Assembly (NCBI RefSeq): GCF_013122565.1
Contig: NZ_CP053258.1
Strand: one strand, 5' to 3'
DNA from: Escherichia coli
GTDB taxonomy: Bacteria > Pseudomonadota > Gammaproteobacteria > Enterobacterales > Enterobacteriaceae
Length of the DNA stretch: 64,000 nucleotides
Below, one piece after another: positions 28,111 through 39,500 of the stretch (positions are counted from its first letter, which is position 1; each line of letters starts with the position of its first letter). Made by a program: the position numbers and the translations under genes. The notes under the pieces were generated by a model. That model worked only from the letters and a program-made list of their open reading frames with translations. It was not told the DNA's origin and made no database searches.

Positions 28111-28162
28111 GAACTTCCCCTCGGTTAGCATCAGGCTATTCGCGTCTGACGAGAGTAACACC

Positions 28163-29590
28163 TTGAAACGCTGGCCCGTTTTTCCCCGCTCATTACGACA
28201 ACTGGTAATGCTGGCATTTTTGCTGATTCTGCTGCCCCTGTTGGTGCTGGCATGGCAAGCCTGGCAAAGCCTGAATGCGCTTAGCGACCAGGCGGCGCTG
28301 GTCAACCGCACCACGCTTATCGATGCCCGGCGCAGTGAAGCGATGACCAACGCGGCGCTGGAGATGGAGCGTAGCTACCGTCAGTATTGCGTGCTGGATG
28401 ACCCTACGCTTGCGAAGGTTTATCAAAGCCAGCGCAAGCGTTACAGCGAAATGCTCGATGCCCACGCAGGCGTACTGCCAGACGATAAACTTTACCAGGC
28501 ATTGCGTCAGGATTTGAACAATCTGGCCCAACTTCAGTGTAACAACAGTGGTCCCGATGCTGCCGCCGCCGCGCGTCTTGAAGCCTTTGCCAGTGCCAAT
28601 ACCGAAATGGTGCAGGCCACGCGCACAGTGGTGTTCTCTCGTGGGCAGCAACTTCAGCGTGAAATCGCCGAACGTGGGCAATATTTTGGTTGGCAATCGC
28701 TGGTGCTATTTCTGGTGAGTCTGGTGATGGTGCTACTTTTCACGCGGATGATTATCGGGCCGGTGAAAAATATTGAACGGATGATCAATCGGTTGGGGGA
28801 AGGGCGTTCTCTGGGCAATAGCGTTTCGTTCAGTGGACCGAGCGAGTTACGCTCGGTTGGGCAACGTATTCTTTGGTTAAGTGAGCGCCTGTCATGGCTG
28901 GAATCCCAACGCCATCAATTTTTAAGACATTTATCTCATGAATTAAAAACGCCACTGGCGAGTATGCGCGAGGGCACTGAATTACTGGCCGATCAGGTTG
29001 TCGGGCCGCTTACGCCAGAGCAAAAAGAGGTGGTGAGCATTCTTGATAGCAGCAGCCGCAATTTGCAAAAACTGATCGAACAACTGCTTGATTACAACCG
29101 TAAACAGGCGGACAGTGCGGTGGAACTGGAGAATGTTGAATTAGCACCGCTGGTGGAGACAGTGGTTTCTGCTCATAGCCTGCCCGCACGGGCTAAAATG
29201 ATGCATACCGACGTCGATCTCAAAGCAACAGCTTGCCTGGCGGAGCCAATGCTGCTGATGAGCGTACTGGATAATCTTTACTCCAATGCGGTGCACTACG
29301 GGGCTGAATCCGGTAACATTTGCCTTCGCAGCAGTTTACATGGTGCGCGGGTTTATATTGATGTCATCAATACAGGCACACCCATTCCGCAAGAGGAACG
29401 CGCCATGATCTTCGAACCCTTTTTTCAGGGAAGCCACCAGCGAAAAGGGGCGGTGAAGGGCAGCGGTCTGGGATTAAGCATTGCCAGGGATTGTATTCGC
29501 CGTATGCAAGGGGAACTGTATCTGGTCGACGAGAGCGGGCAAGACGTTTGTTTCCGCATTGAATTGCCGTCGTCGAAAAACACGAAATAA
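28163..29590 (+). CDS. glrK: Sensor histidine kinase GlrK (QseE)
   Basis: ORF track 28100..29590; the 475-aa form (KRWPVFPRSLRQLVMLAFLLILLPLLV...) would start at the TTG at 28163; two transmembrane segments, H-box HELKTPLASM and ATP-binding domain. Confidence 0.9.
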   Translation: MKRWPVFPRSLRQLVMLAFLLILLPLLVLAWQAWQSLNALSDQAALVNRTTLIDARRSEAMTNAALEMERSYRQYCVLDDPTLAKVYQSQRKRYSEMLDAHAGVLPDDKLYQALRQDLNNLAQLQCNNSGPDAAAAARLEAFASANTEMVQATRTVVFSRGQQLQREIAERGQYFGWQSLVLFLVSLVMVLLFTRMIIGPVKNIERMINRLGEGRSLGNSVSFSGPSELRSVGQRILWLSERLSWLESQRHQFLRHLSHELKTPLASMREGTELLADQVVGPLTPEQKEVVSILDSSSRNLQKLIEQLLDYNRKQADSAVELENVELAPLVETVVSAHSLPARAKMMHTDVDLKATACLAEPMLLMSVLDNLYSNAVHYGAESGNICLRSSLHGARVYIDVINTGTPIPQEERAMIFEPFFQGSHQRKGAVKGSGLGLSIARDCIRRMQGELYLVDESGQDVCFRIELPSSKNTK

Positions 29591-29754
29591 TGCTAACAGC
29601 CTATCCCATCAGGCTATTTTATTTGCCAGTTCGGCCCCGGGCAGTGCTCGAAATCCTCACGTACGACGTGTACGCTCTGGTTTCTCCGCACGGTCCATGT
29701 CCAAACTGCCTGCAACAATTATGCCCACTGGGAAAGGCTTTAAGTCTGGTGAAT

Positions 29755-30468
29755 ATGCGACACATTTTTCAACGATTATTGCCCCGACGGCTGTGGCTGG
29801 CAGGGCTGCCATGTCTGGCATTGCTGGGTTGCGTGCAGAGTCACAATAAGCCAGCCATTAATACGCCAGCAGAAGAAAAAATTCCGGTTTATCAACTGGC
29901 TGACTATCTTTCTACTGAATGTAGCGACATCTGGGCGCTGCAAGGTAAATCAACCGAAACCAATCCGCTTTACTGGCTGCGGGCGATGGATTGTGCTGAT
30001 CGTTTAATGCCTGCGCAGTCGCGTCAGCAAGCTCGCCAATATGACGACGGCAGCTGGCAAAATACCTTTAAACAAGGGATTTTGCTCGCCGACGCCAAAA
30101 TTACGCCGTATGAGCGCCGCCAGCTGGTCGCGCGTATTGATGAGTTAAGTACCGAGATCCCGGCACAGGTTCGCCCTCTGTATCAACTCTGGCGCGACGG
30201 TCAGGCGCTGCAACTGCAACTGGCGGAAGAGCGCCAACGCTACGGCAAGCTCCAGCAATCCAGCGACAGCGAGCTGGATACATTGCGCCAGCAACATCAC
30301 GTTCTACAGCAGCAACTGGAACTCACCACCCGCAAGCTGGAAAACCTGACCGATATTGAACGCCAGCTCTCGACCCGCAAACCGGCTGGAAATTTCTCGC
30401 CGGATACGCCGCACGAGGGTGAAAAGCCCGCGCCATCCACCCATGAGGTCACTCCTGATGAGCCATAA
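29755..30468 (+). CDS. qseG: Outer-membrane lipoprotein QseG (YfhG), accessory to GlrK
   Basis: ORF track 29590..30468; ATG at 29755 (MRHIFQRLLPRRLWLAGLPCLALLGCVQSH...) gives 237 aa with lipoprotein signal peptide and lipobox LLGC; coiled-coil C-terminus. Confidence 0.88.
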   Translation: MRHIFQRLLPRRLWLAGLPCLALLGCVQSHNKPAINTPAEEKIPVYQLADYLSTECSDIWALQGKSTETNPLYWLRAMDCADRLMPAQSRQQARQYDDGSWQNTFKQGILLADAKITPYERRQLVARIDELSTEIPAQVRPLYQLWRDGQALQLQLAEERQRYGKLQQSSDSELDTLRQQHHVLQQQLELTTRKLENLTDIERQLSTRKPAGNFSPDTPHEGEKPAPSTHEVTPDEP

Positions 30469-31792
30469 ACCTGCGCATTTATTATTGGTCGATGACGATC
30501 CGGGATTGCTGAAACTGCTTGGCCTGCGCCTGACCAGCGAAGGCTACAGTGTGGTCACGGCGGAAAGTGGCGCTGAAGGATTACGGGTACTGAATCGCGA
30601 AAAAGTAGATTTAGTTATCAGCGACCTGCGGATGGATGAAATGGACGGTATGCAGCTGTTTGCTGAAATCCAGAAAGTGCAGCCGGGAATGCCGGTAATT
30701 ATCCTTACCGCGCATGGTTCTATTCCCGATGCCGTTGCAGCAACACAGCAGGGCGTTTTTAGTTTCCTCACCAAGCCTGTCGATAAAGACGCGCTATATC
30801 AGGCAATTGACGATGCGCTGGAACAATCCGCGCCAGCCACCGACGAACGCTGGCGCGAGGCGATTGTCACCCGCAGCCCGCTGATGCTGCGTTTGCTGGA
30901 ACAGGCGCGGCTGGTGGCGCAATCAGACGTCAGCGTTTTGATTAACGGCCAGAGCGGCACCGGGAAAGAGATTTTCGCCCAGGCTATCCACAACGCCAGC
31001 CCGCGCAATAGCAAACCATTTATTGCTATTAACTGTGGCGCATTGCCCGAGCAATTGCTGGAGTCGGAGCTGTTTGGTCATGCGCGTGGCGCGTTTACTG
31101 GCGCTGTCAGCAATCGCGAAGGTTTATTCCAGGCGGCGGAAGGCGGTACGCTATTTCTCGATGAGATTGGCGATATGCCCGCACCGTTGCAGGTCAAACT
31201 GCTGCGCGTGTTGCAGGAGCGTAAAGTGCGCCCGCTGGGCAGTAACCGCGATATTGATATCGACGTGCGGATTATTTCCGCCACTCACCGCGACCTGCCA
31301 AAAGCGATGGCGCGCGGGGAATTCCGTGAAGATCTCTATTACCGCCTCAACGTTGTCAGCCTGAAAATTCCGGCTCTGGCGGAGCGCACAGAAGATATTC
31401 CGCTACTGGCAAATCACCTGTTGCGCCAGGCGGCAGAGCGACATAAACCGTTTGTCCGCGCGTTCTCCACCGATGCGATGAAACGCCTGATGACTGCGAG
31501 CTGGCCGGGTAATGTACGCCAGTTGGTCAACGTGATTGAACAGTGCGTGGCGCTGACCTCATCTCCGGTGATTAGTGATGCATTAGTAGAGCAGGCGCTG
31601 GAGGGCGAAAACACGGCGCTGCCAACCTTTGTCGAAGCGCGTAATCAGTTTGAACTCAACTATTTGCGTAAGCTGCTGCAAATCACCAAAGGTAACGTCA
31701 CCCATGCGGCGAGAATGGCGGGGCGCAACCGGACAGAATTTTATAAACTGCTTTCCCGACACGAGCTGGATGCAAACGATTTCAAGGAATGA
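30458..31792 (+). CDS. glrR: Sigma-54-dependent response regulator GlrR (QseF)
   Basis: ORF track 30356..31792; ATG at 30458 ([18 protein letters not shown]...) gives 444 aa; receiver domain, AAA+ sigma-54 activation domain with GAFTGA motif, C-terminal HTH; overlaps qseG by 11 nt. Confidence 0.95.
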   Translation: MSHKPAHLLLVDDDPGLLKLLGLRLTSEGYSVVTAESGAEGLRVLNREKVDLVISDLRMDEMDGMQLFAEIQKVQPGMPVIILTAHGSIPDAVAATQQGVFSFLTKPVDKDALYQAIDDALEQSAPATDERWREAIVTRSPLMLRLLEQARLVAQSDVSVLINGQSGTGKEIFAQAIHNASPRNSKPFIAINCGALPEQLLESELFGHARGAFTGAVSNREGLFQAAEGGTLFLDEIGDMPAPLQVKLLRVLQERKVRPLGSNRDIDIDVRIISATHRDLPKAMARGEFREDLYYRLNVVSLKIPALAERTEDIPLLANHLLRQAAERHKPFVRAFSTDAMKRLMTASWPGNVRQLVNVIEQCVALTSSPVISDALVEQALEGENTALPTFVEARNQFELNYLRKLLQITKGNVTHAARMAGRNRTEFYKLLSRHELDANDFKE

Positions 31793-31816
31793 ATTGGCGT
31801 TATGTGTTACGTTTAG

Positions 31817-32191
<375 letters not shown>

Positions 32192-32203
32192 ACCGCGTCA
32201 AGG

Positions 32204-32235
32204 GTTGCCGGATGTTTCCATCCGGCAACATCAAA
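32204..32235. terminator. Bidirectional hairpin terminator between glnB and hmp
   Basis: Perfect 11-bp stem gttgccggatg/catccggcaac with loop tttc between the convergent stop codons. Confidence 0.65.
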
Positions 32236-33426
32236 TCACAGCACCTTATGCGGGCCAAAGCATTCGTAATGAATGTTTTCCTGCTTCACGCCCAGATCCA
32301 CTAACTGTTTCGCGGCAAACTGCATGAAGCCAACCGGGCCGCAGAGATAGAACTGCATTGTCGGATCGCTGAACGCACCTTCCAGTTTGCTCAAATCCAT
32401 CAGACCTTCGCTATCAAACTGACCTTTAGCGCGATCGGCTTCGCTCGGCTGACGATACCAGGTGTGCGCGGTAAAGCGCGGCAGTGACTGCCCCAGTTCC
32501 TTAACTTCATCGGCAAAGGCGTGAACATCGCCATTTTCTGCCGCATGGAACCAGTTCACTTGTGCTGTGTGGCCTGCTTTTGCCAGCGTGTCGAGCATTG
32601 CCAGCATTGGCGTTTGACCGACACCGGCAGAGATTAACGTCACTGGTGTGTCATCGGCCACAGCCATAAAGAAATCACCTGCCGGAGCGACCAGTTTCAC
32701 GACATCGCCAACATTGGCGTGATTGTGCAACCAGTTGGATACCTGCCCGCCATCTTCGCGTTTCACCGCAATACGATAGCCTTTGCCATCCGGTTTGCGA
32801 GTCAAAGAGTACTGACGAATTTCCTGATGCGGGAAACCTTCCGGCTTCAGCCAGACGCCGAGATATTGCCCCGGACGGTATTCTGCCACTGCGCCACCGT
32901 CGACCGGCTCCAGTTCGAAGCTGGTGATAAGCGCGCTGCGCGGTGTTTTAGCCACAATGCGGAAATCGCGAGTACCTTCCCAACCACCGGCTTTGCTGGC
33001 GTTTTCGTTATAGATTTCCGCCTCGCGATTGATAAATACATTAGCCAGTACGCCATAGGCTTTACCCCACGCGTCCAGCACTTCCTGCCCCGGGCTGAAC
33101 ATTTCGTCCAGCGTTGCCAACAGGTGTTCACCGACGATGTTGTACTGTTCCGGTTTGATCTGGAAACTGGTGTGCTTCTGCGCGATTTTTTCTACCGCTG
33201 GCAGCAGCGCAGGCAGGTTTTCAATATTACTGGCGTAGGCGGCAATAGCGTTAAACAGGGCTTCACGTTGATCGCCATTACGCTGGTTACTCATGTTAAA
33301 AATTTCTTTGAGTTCTGGGTTATGAGTAAACATACGGTCGTAGAAATGGGCGGTTAACTTTGGCCCCGTTTCCACCAGTAAAGGGATGGTGGCTTTTACT
33401 GTAGCGATGGTTTGAGCGTCAAGCAT
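32236..33426 (-). CDS. hmp: Flavohemoprotein (nitric oxide dioxygenase)
   Basis: ORF track 32236..33447; ATG at 33426 ([17 protein letters not shown]...) gives 396 aa; N-terminal globin plus FAD/NAD reductase domain. Confidence 0.96.
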   Translation of the reverse strand: MLDAQTIATVKATIPLLVETGPKLTAHFYDRMFTHNPELKEIFNMSNQRNGDQREALFNAIAAYASNIENLPALLPAVEKIAQKHTSFQIKPEQYNIVGEHLLATLDEMFSPGQEVLDAWGKAYGVLANVFINREAEIYNENASKAGGWEGTRDFRIVAKTPRSALITSFELEPVDGGAVAEYRPGQYLGVWLKPEGFPHQEIRQYSLTRKPDGKGYRIAVKREDGGQVSNWLHNHANVGDVVKLVAPAGDFFMAVADDTPVTLISAGVGQTPMLAMLDTLAKAGHTAQVNWFHAAENGDVHAFADEVKELGQSLPRFTAHTWYRQPSEADRAKGQFDSEGLMDLSKLEGAFSDPTMQFYLCGPVGFMQFAAKQLVDLGVKQENIHYECFGPHKVL

Positions 33427-33452
33427 ATGGTCTTCCTTTTTTTGCATCTTAA

Positions 33453-33475
33453 TTGATGTATCTCAAATGCATCTT
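33453..33475 (-). promoter_or_regulatory. NsrR operator in hmp promoter
   Basis: Minus-strand AAGATGCATTTgAGATACATCAA, an 11-1-11 imperfect inverted repeat resembling the NsrR consensus, 27 bp upstream of the hmp ATG. Confidence 0.6.
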
Positions 33476-33621
33476 ATAAAAAATAGCCCTGCAATGTAAA
33501 TGGTTCTTTGGTGTTTTTCAGAAAGAATGTGATGAAGTGAAAAATTTGCATCACAAACCTGAAAAGAAATCCGTTTCCGGTTGCAAGCTCTTTATTCTCC
33601 AAAGCCTTGCGTAGCCTGAAG

Positions 33622-33637
33622 GTAATCGTTTGCGTAA
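33622..33637 (-). promoter_or_regulatory. Possible PurR box in glyA control region
   Basis: Minus-strand ACGCAAACGATTACCT: first half-site perfect, second half-site weak; glyA is a known PurR regulon member. Confidence 0.35.
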
Positions 33638-33753
33638 ATTCCTTTGTCAAGACCTGTTATCGCACAATGATTCGGTTATACTGTTCGCCGTTGTCCAACA
33701 GGACCGCCTATAAAGGCCAAAAATTTTATTGTTAGCTGAGTCAGGAGATGCGG

Positions 33754-35007
33754 ATGTTAAAGCGTGAAATGAACATTGCCGATTATGATGCCGAACTGTG
33801 GCAGGCTATGGAGCAGGAAAAAGTACGTCAGGAAGAGCACATCGAACTGATCGCCTCCGAAAACTACACCAGCCCGCGCGTAATGCAGGCGCAGGGTTCT
33901 CAGCTGACCAACAAATATGCTGAAGGTTATCCGGGCAAACGCTACTACGGCGGTTGCGAGTATGTTGATATTGTTGAACAACTGGCGATCGATCGTGCGA
34001 AAGAACTGTTCGGCGCTGACTACGCTAACGTCCAGCCGCACTCCGGCTCCCAGGCTAACTTTGCGGTCTACACCGCGCTGCTGGAACCAGGTGATACCGT
34101 TCTGGGTATGAACCTGGCGCATGGCGGTCACCTGACTCACGGTTCTCCGGTTAACTTCTCCGGTAAACTGTACAACATCGTTCCTTACGGTATTGATGCT
34201 ACCGGTCATATCGACTACGCCGATCTGGAAAAACAAGCCAAAGAACACAAGCCGAAAATGATTATCGGTGGTTTCTCTGCATATTCCGGCGTGGTTGACT
34301 GGGCGAAAATGCGTGAAATCGCTGACAGCATCGGTGCTTACCTGTTTGTTGATATGGCGCACGTTGCGGGCCTGGTTGCTGCTGGCGTCTACCCGAACCC
34401 GGTTCCTCATGCTCACGTTGTTACTACCACCACTCACAAAACCCTGGCGGGTCCGCGCGGCGGCCTGATCCTGGCGAAAGGTGGTAGCGAAGAGCTGTAC
34501 AAAAAACTGAACTCTGCCGTTTTCCCTGGTGGTCAGGGCGGTCCGTTGATGCACGTAATCGCCGGTAAAGCGGTTGCTCTGAAAGAAGCGATGGAGCCTG
34601 AGTTCAAAACTTACCAGCAGCAGGTCGCTAAAAACGCTAAAGCGATGGTAGAAGTGTTCCTGGAACGCGGCTACAAAGTGGTTTCCGGCGGTACTGATAA
34701 CCATCTGTTCCTGGTTGATCTGGTAGATAAAAACCTGACCGGTAAAGAAGCAGACGCCGCTCTGGGCCGTGCTAACATCACCGTCAACAAAAACAGCGTA
34801 CCGAACGATCCGAAGAGCCCGTTTGTGACCTCCGGTATTCGCGTGGGTACTCCGGCAATTACGCGTCGCGGCTTCAAAGAAGCAGAAGCGAAAGAACTGG
34901 CTGGCTGGATGTGTGACGTGCTGGACAGCATCAATGATGAAGCCGTTATCGAGCGCATCAAAGGTAAAGTTCTCGACATCTGCGCACGTTACCCGGTTTA
35001 CGCATAA
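33754..35007 (+). CDS. glyA: Serine hydroxymethyltransferase
   Basis: ORF track 33748..35007; ATG at 33754 ([22 protein letters not shown]...) gives 417 aa; PLP-lysine motif [14 protein letters not shown]. Confidence 0.98.
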
Positions 35008-35050
35008 GCGAAACGGTGATTTGCTGACAATGTGCTCGTTGTTCATGTTG

Positions 35051-35144
35051 GATGCGGCATGAACACCTTCTCAGGCCTACAAAATCTTGCAAATTCAATA
35101 TACTGCAATCTCCGTGTAGGCCTGATAAGCGCAGCGCATCAGGC
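35051..35144. repeat. BIME (two inverted REP elements) between glyA and yphH
   Basis: GATGCGGCATGAACACCTTCTCAGGCCTAC and GTAGGCCTGATAAGCGCAGCGCATCAGGC. Confidence 0.85.
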
Positions 35145-35204
35145 AATTTTTCGTTTATGATCATCAAGGCTTCCTTCGGGAAGCCTTTCTACGTTATCGC
35201 GCCA

Positions 35205-36398
35205 TCAAATCTGTCGTAACTGCGTCTCAACATACAAATAGCCAATTCCCAGCACCTGTTGTGCGCGGCTTAATTGCCCGAAGCCAATTTGCGTCGCTTT
35301 CACGCTCGGTCCTTCGTCGCGGTCGAACGGGTTAAATCCTGTCTGGCGAATAATGGTATTAAGCCAGTGCTCACCAAAGGCACAACTGCGACCGTACAAC
35401 CAAATCTGATTAATATTGAGGATGTTGAGGAAGTTATACAGACTCAAACCAATGGCATTGGCACTGCGGTCAACCCAGCTGGTGATCCACGGTTCTCCAC
35501 TCTGCCAGGCAGCGATTAACTGCGCGGTTGTCAGTTTTTCAGGATCAAGTTGAGTATTAACCGGTTGTGATTTTAGCCATACCCGCGCCTGTTTTTTTAA
35601 TGCACTTAACGAGGCGACGGTTTCCAGGCAGCCGTAACGTCCACAGTCGCAGACGACGCCATCCGTATTAACGATGGTGTGACCAATCTGTCCGCTACCA
35701 TACAAACTGCCGCGATAAATTTGCTCGTTAATCACGAACGACGAGCCAATGCCGTAATCAACGTTGATCACGCAGAAATCCCGTTCCTGCGAATTATTTT
35801 GCCATTTTTCCGCCAGCGCCAGCATCACGCAGTCATTATCGACCATCACCCGAATGCCCAGCTTCTCTTCCAGCAGATATTTCACCTCAACCGGCGTTGT
35901 CCACGGCGCTTGCGGCATGGTTTGCGACACTCCAGTCACTGGATCAACCTGACCGTGGATTGCCAGCGCCAGATTGATGGTGCGGTCCGGCCACAATTTA
36001 CGGTGGCGATGCCAGCATTTTTCGATTTCGGACAGCAGCGCCTGCGGCGTCGGTGCATCAATCTGTAAATACTCAAATTCACCTTTCGGACTTAAACAAG
36101 CATTAGCAACCTGACACTCAATACTGGTGGGCGTCACGTTCAGGCACAGCGTCCAGTCACCTTCCGGCGCAATCAGCCATGTACCGCTACTATGCCCGCG
36201 CGTCTGGCTTTCATCGTCGATATTCACCACCCGTTTTTCGCTTTCCAGTTCCTGCAAAATATTACTGACTGCCGGAATCGAAATTTGCGCCAGCCGGGCC
36301 AGCGTTGATTTATTGGCGCGCTTTTGCCGGTACAGCAGTTCCAGAATCACGCATTTGTTATGGTGGCGAATCTGTTGATTGTTAATGCAGGCTCTCAT
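35205..36398 (-). CDS. yphH: ROK-family (NagC/Mlc-like) transcriptional regulator
   Basis: ORF track 35205..36404 (399 aa); N-terminal HTH, ROK sugar-kinase-like fold with Cys-rich zinc motif CDCGRYGC. Start set at the second Met (36398) on remembered length; this is uncertain. Confidence 0.85.
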   Translation of the reverse strand: MRACINNQQIRHHNKCVILELLYRQKRANKSTLARLAQISIPAVSNILQELESEKRVVNIDDESQTRGHSSGTWLIAPEGDWTLCLNVTPTSIECQVANACLSPKGEFEYLQIDAPTPQALLSEIEKCWHRHRKLWPDRTINLALAIHGQVDPVTGVSQTMPQAPWTTPVEVKYLLEEKLGIRVMVDNDCVMLALAEKWQNNSQERDFCVINVDYGIGSSFVINEQIYRGSLYGSGQIGHTIVNTDGVVCDCGRYGCLETVASLSALKKQARVWLKSQPVNTQLDPEKLTTAQLIAAWQSGEPWITSWVDRSANAIGLSLYNFLNILNINQIWLYGRSCAFGEHWLNTIIRQTGFNPFDRDEGPSVKATQIGFGQLSRAQQVLGIGYLYVETQLRQI

Positions 36399-36515
36399 CT
36401 TCACTAAACCTTGTTTAGTTAATTGCGTGATTATTCCGCGAAAACATTGCCAGATTGTTCAATACACTGCCACAAATCTTTTAATTCAGTATGTCTTGTT
36501 AATATTGAGGGCACC

Positions 36516-39500
36516 ATGACTCCAGTAAAAGTGTGGCAAGAGCGCGTTGAGATCCCGACCTATGAAACCGGGCCGCAGGATATACATCCCATGTTCCTCG
36601 AAAATCGCGTTTATCAGGGATCGTCCGGCGCGGTTTATCCCTACGGCGTGACCGATACGCTGAGCGAGCAGAAAACCCTGAAATCCTGGCAGGCGGTGTG
36701 GCTGGAAAACGACTACATCAAAGTGATGATCCTGCCGGAATTGGGCGGTCGGGTGCATCGAGCATGGGATAAAGTGAAACAGCGCGATTTTGTCTATCAC
36801 AATGAAGTCATTAAACCTGCGCTGGTGGGGCTGCTGGGACCGTGGATCTCCGGCGGGATTGAGTTTAACTGGCCGCAACACCATCGCCCGACCACCTTTA
36901 TGCCCGTTGATTTCACCCTCGAAGCCCATGAAGACGGCGCACAGACGGTGTGGGTAGGCGAAACGGAGCCGATGCATGGTTTACAGGTGATGACAGGTTT
37001 CACCCTGCGCCCTGACCGGGCGGCGCTGGAAATCGCCAGCCGCGTCTATAACGGCAACGCCACGCCGCGTCATTTCTTGTGGTGGGCCAACCCGGCAGTG
37101 AAAGGGGGGGAAGGGCATCAGAGCGTCTTCCCGCCGGATGTAACGGCGGTGTTTGATCACGGCAAACGGGCCGTCTCCGCTTTCCCTATCGCCACCGGCA
37201 CTTACTACAAAGTGGACTACTCCGCTGGAGTGGACATTTCTCGCTATAAAAATGTGCCTGTTCCAACCTCATATATGGCCGAAAAATCGCAGTACGATTT
37301 TGTCGGCGCGTGGTGTCACGATGAAGATGGCGGTTTGCTGCACGTTGCCAACCACCATATTGCGCCAGGTAAAAAACAGTGGAGTTGGGGACACAGTGAA
37401 TTTGGCCAGGCGTGGGATAAGAGCCTAACTGATAATAACGGCCCGTATATCGAACTGATGACCGGTATTTTTGCCGATAACCAGCCCGATTTTACCTGGC
37501 TTGATGCTTACGAAGAGAAGCGTTTTGAGCAGTATTTCCTGCCTTATCATTCTTTGGGCATGGTGCAAAATGCCTCCCGCGATGCGGTGATAAAACTCCA
37601 GCGTAGTGAGCGGGGGATTGAGTGGGGGCTGTATGCCATCTCTCCGTTGAACGGATACCGCCTGGCGATCCGCGAAATCGGCAAATGCAACGCGTTACTT
37701 GATGATGCCGTGGCACTGATGCCTGCGACCGCCATCCAGGGCGTGTTGCACGGTATCAATCCTGAAAGGCTGACCATTGAGCTCTCTGATGCCGACGGCA
37801 ATATTGTACTGAGTTATCAGGAACATCAGCCGCAAGAGTTGCCGTTGCCGGACGTCGCCAAAGCGCCACTGGCAGCACAAGACATTACCAGTACAGATGA
37901 AGCCTGGTTTATCGGTCAGCATCTGGAGCAATATCATCACGCGAGCCGTTCACCGTTCGATTACTACCTGCGCGGCGTGGCGCTGGATCCGCTGGATTAC
38001 CGCTGTAACCTGGCGCTGGCGATGCTGGAGTATAACCGCGCAGATTTCCCGCAAGCGGTGGCGTATGCCACTCAGGCTCTGAAACGCGCACATGCGCTGA
38101 ACAAAAATCCGCAGTGCGGACAGGCGAGTTTGATTCGCGCCAGTGCTTACGAACGTCAGGGACAATATCAACAAGCCGAAGAGGATTTCTGGCGTGCGGT
38201 CTGGAGCGGCAACAGTAAAGCCGGAGGCTATTATGGTCTGGCACGACTGGCGGCGCGTAATGGTAACTTCGACGCGGGTCTGGATTTTTGCCAACAAAGT
38301 CTTCGCGCCTGCCCAACCAATCAGGAAGTGCTTTGCCTGCATAATCTGCTGCTGGTGTTAAGTGGTCGTCAGGACAACGCGCGTTTGCAGCGCGAGAAAC
38401 TGCTGCGCGATTATCCGCTGAACGCCACTCTGTGGTGGCTGAACTGGTTCGATGGTCGTAGCGAATCAGCTCTCGCGCAGTGGCGCGGTCTGTGTCAGGG
38501 ACGCGACGTTAACGCCCTGATGACCGCCGGGCAACTGATTAACTGGGGAATGCCCACCCTGGCGGCAGAGATGCTGAACGCACTGGACTGCCAGCGCACG
38601 CTGCCGCTTTACCTGCAAGCCAGCTTGCTGCCGAAAGCCGAACGTGGCGAACTGGTCGCAAAAGCCATTGATGTCTTCCCGCAGTTTGTCCGTTTCCCGA
38701 ATACGCTGGAAGAAGTGGCGGCGCTGGAGAGTATTGAAGAGTGCTGGTTTGCTCGCCATTTACTGGCCTGCTTCTACTACAACAAACGTAGCTACAACAA
38801 AGCCATTGCCTTATGGCAACGTTGCGAAGAGATGTCGCCGGAGTTTGCCGACGGCTGGCGCGGGTTAGCGATCCATGCGTGGAATAAGCAACACGATTAT
38901 GAGCTGGCCGCGCGTTATCTTGATAATGCTTATCAGCTTGCGCCGCAGGATGCACGTCTGCTTTTCGAACGGGATTTGCTTGATAAGTTAAGTGGAGCCA
39001 CACCGGAGAAACGACTGGCGCGTCTGGAAAATAATCTGGAAATTGCGCTGAAACGCGACGACATGACCGCAGAACTGCTCAATTTGTGGCATCTCACGGG
39101 GCAGGCAGACAAAGCGGCGGACATTCTCGCCACGCGCAAATTCCACCCGTGGGAAGGCGGGGAAGGGAAGGTCACCAGTCAGTTTATCCTCAACCAGTTA
39201 TTACGCGCCTGGCAGCATCTTGATGCCAGACAGCCGCAGCAGGCCAGCGAACTGCTTCATGCCGCGCTGCATTATCCGGAGAATTTAAGCGAAGGCCGTT
39301 TACCGGGGCAAACTGATAACGACATCTGGTTCTGGCAGGCGATATGCGCCAACGCGCAGGGCGATGAAACTGAAGCGACGCGTTGTTTACGTCTGGCGGC
39401 GACTGGCGATCGCACCATTAACATTCACAGTTATTACAACGATCAGCCGGTTGATTATCTCTTCTGGCAAGGAATGGCGCTGCGACTGCTGGGCGAACAA

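Noticed and set aside
27786-28350. ORFs of 79 aa (plus strand) and 139 aa (minus strand) in the purL-glrK spacer
   Set aside because: They overlap the GlrR sites, the sigma-54 promoter and the GlmY RNA gene; the region is better explained as a non-coding RNA locus.
33757-35046. 429-aa ORF on the minus strand antisense to glyA
   Set aside because: Lies entirely within and opposite the unambiguous glyA gene; long antisense ORFs are a common artefact opposite GC-rich, highly expressed genes. No RBS or independent motif support.
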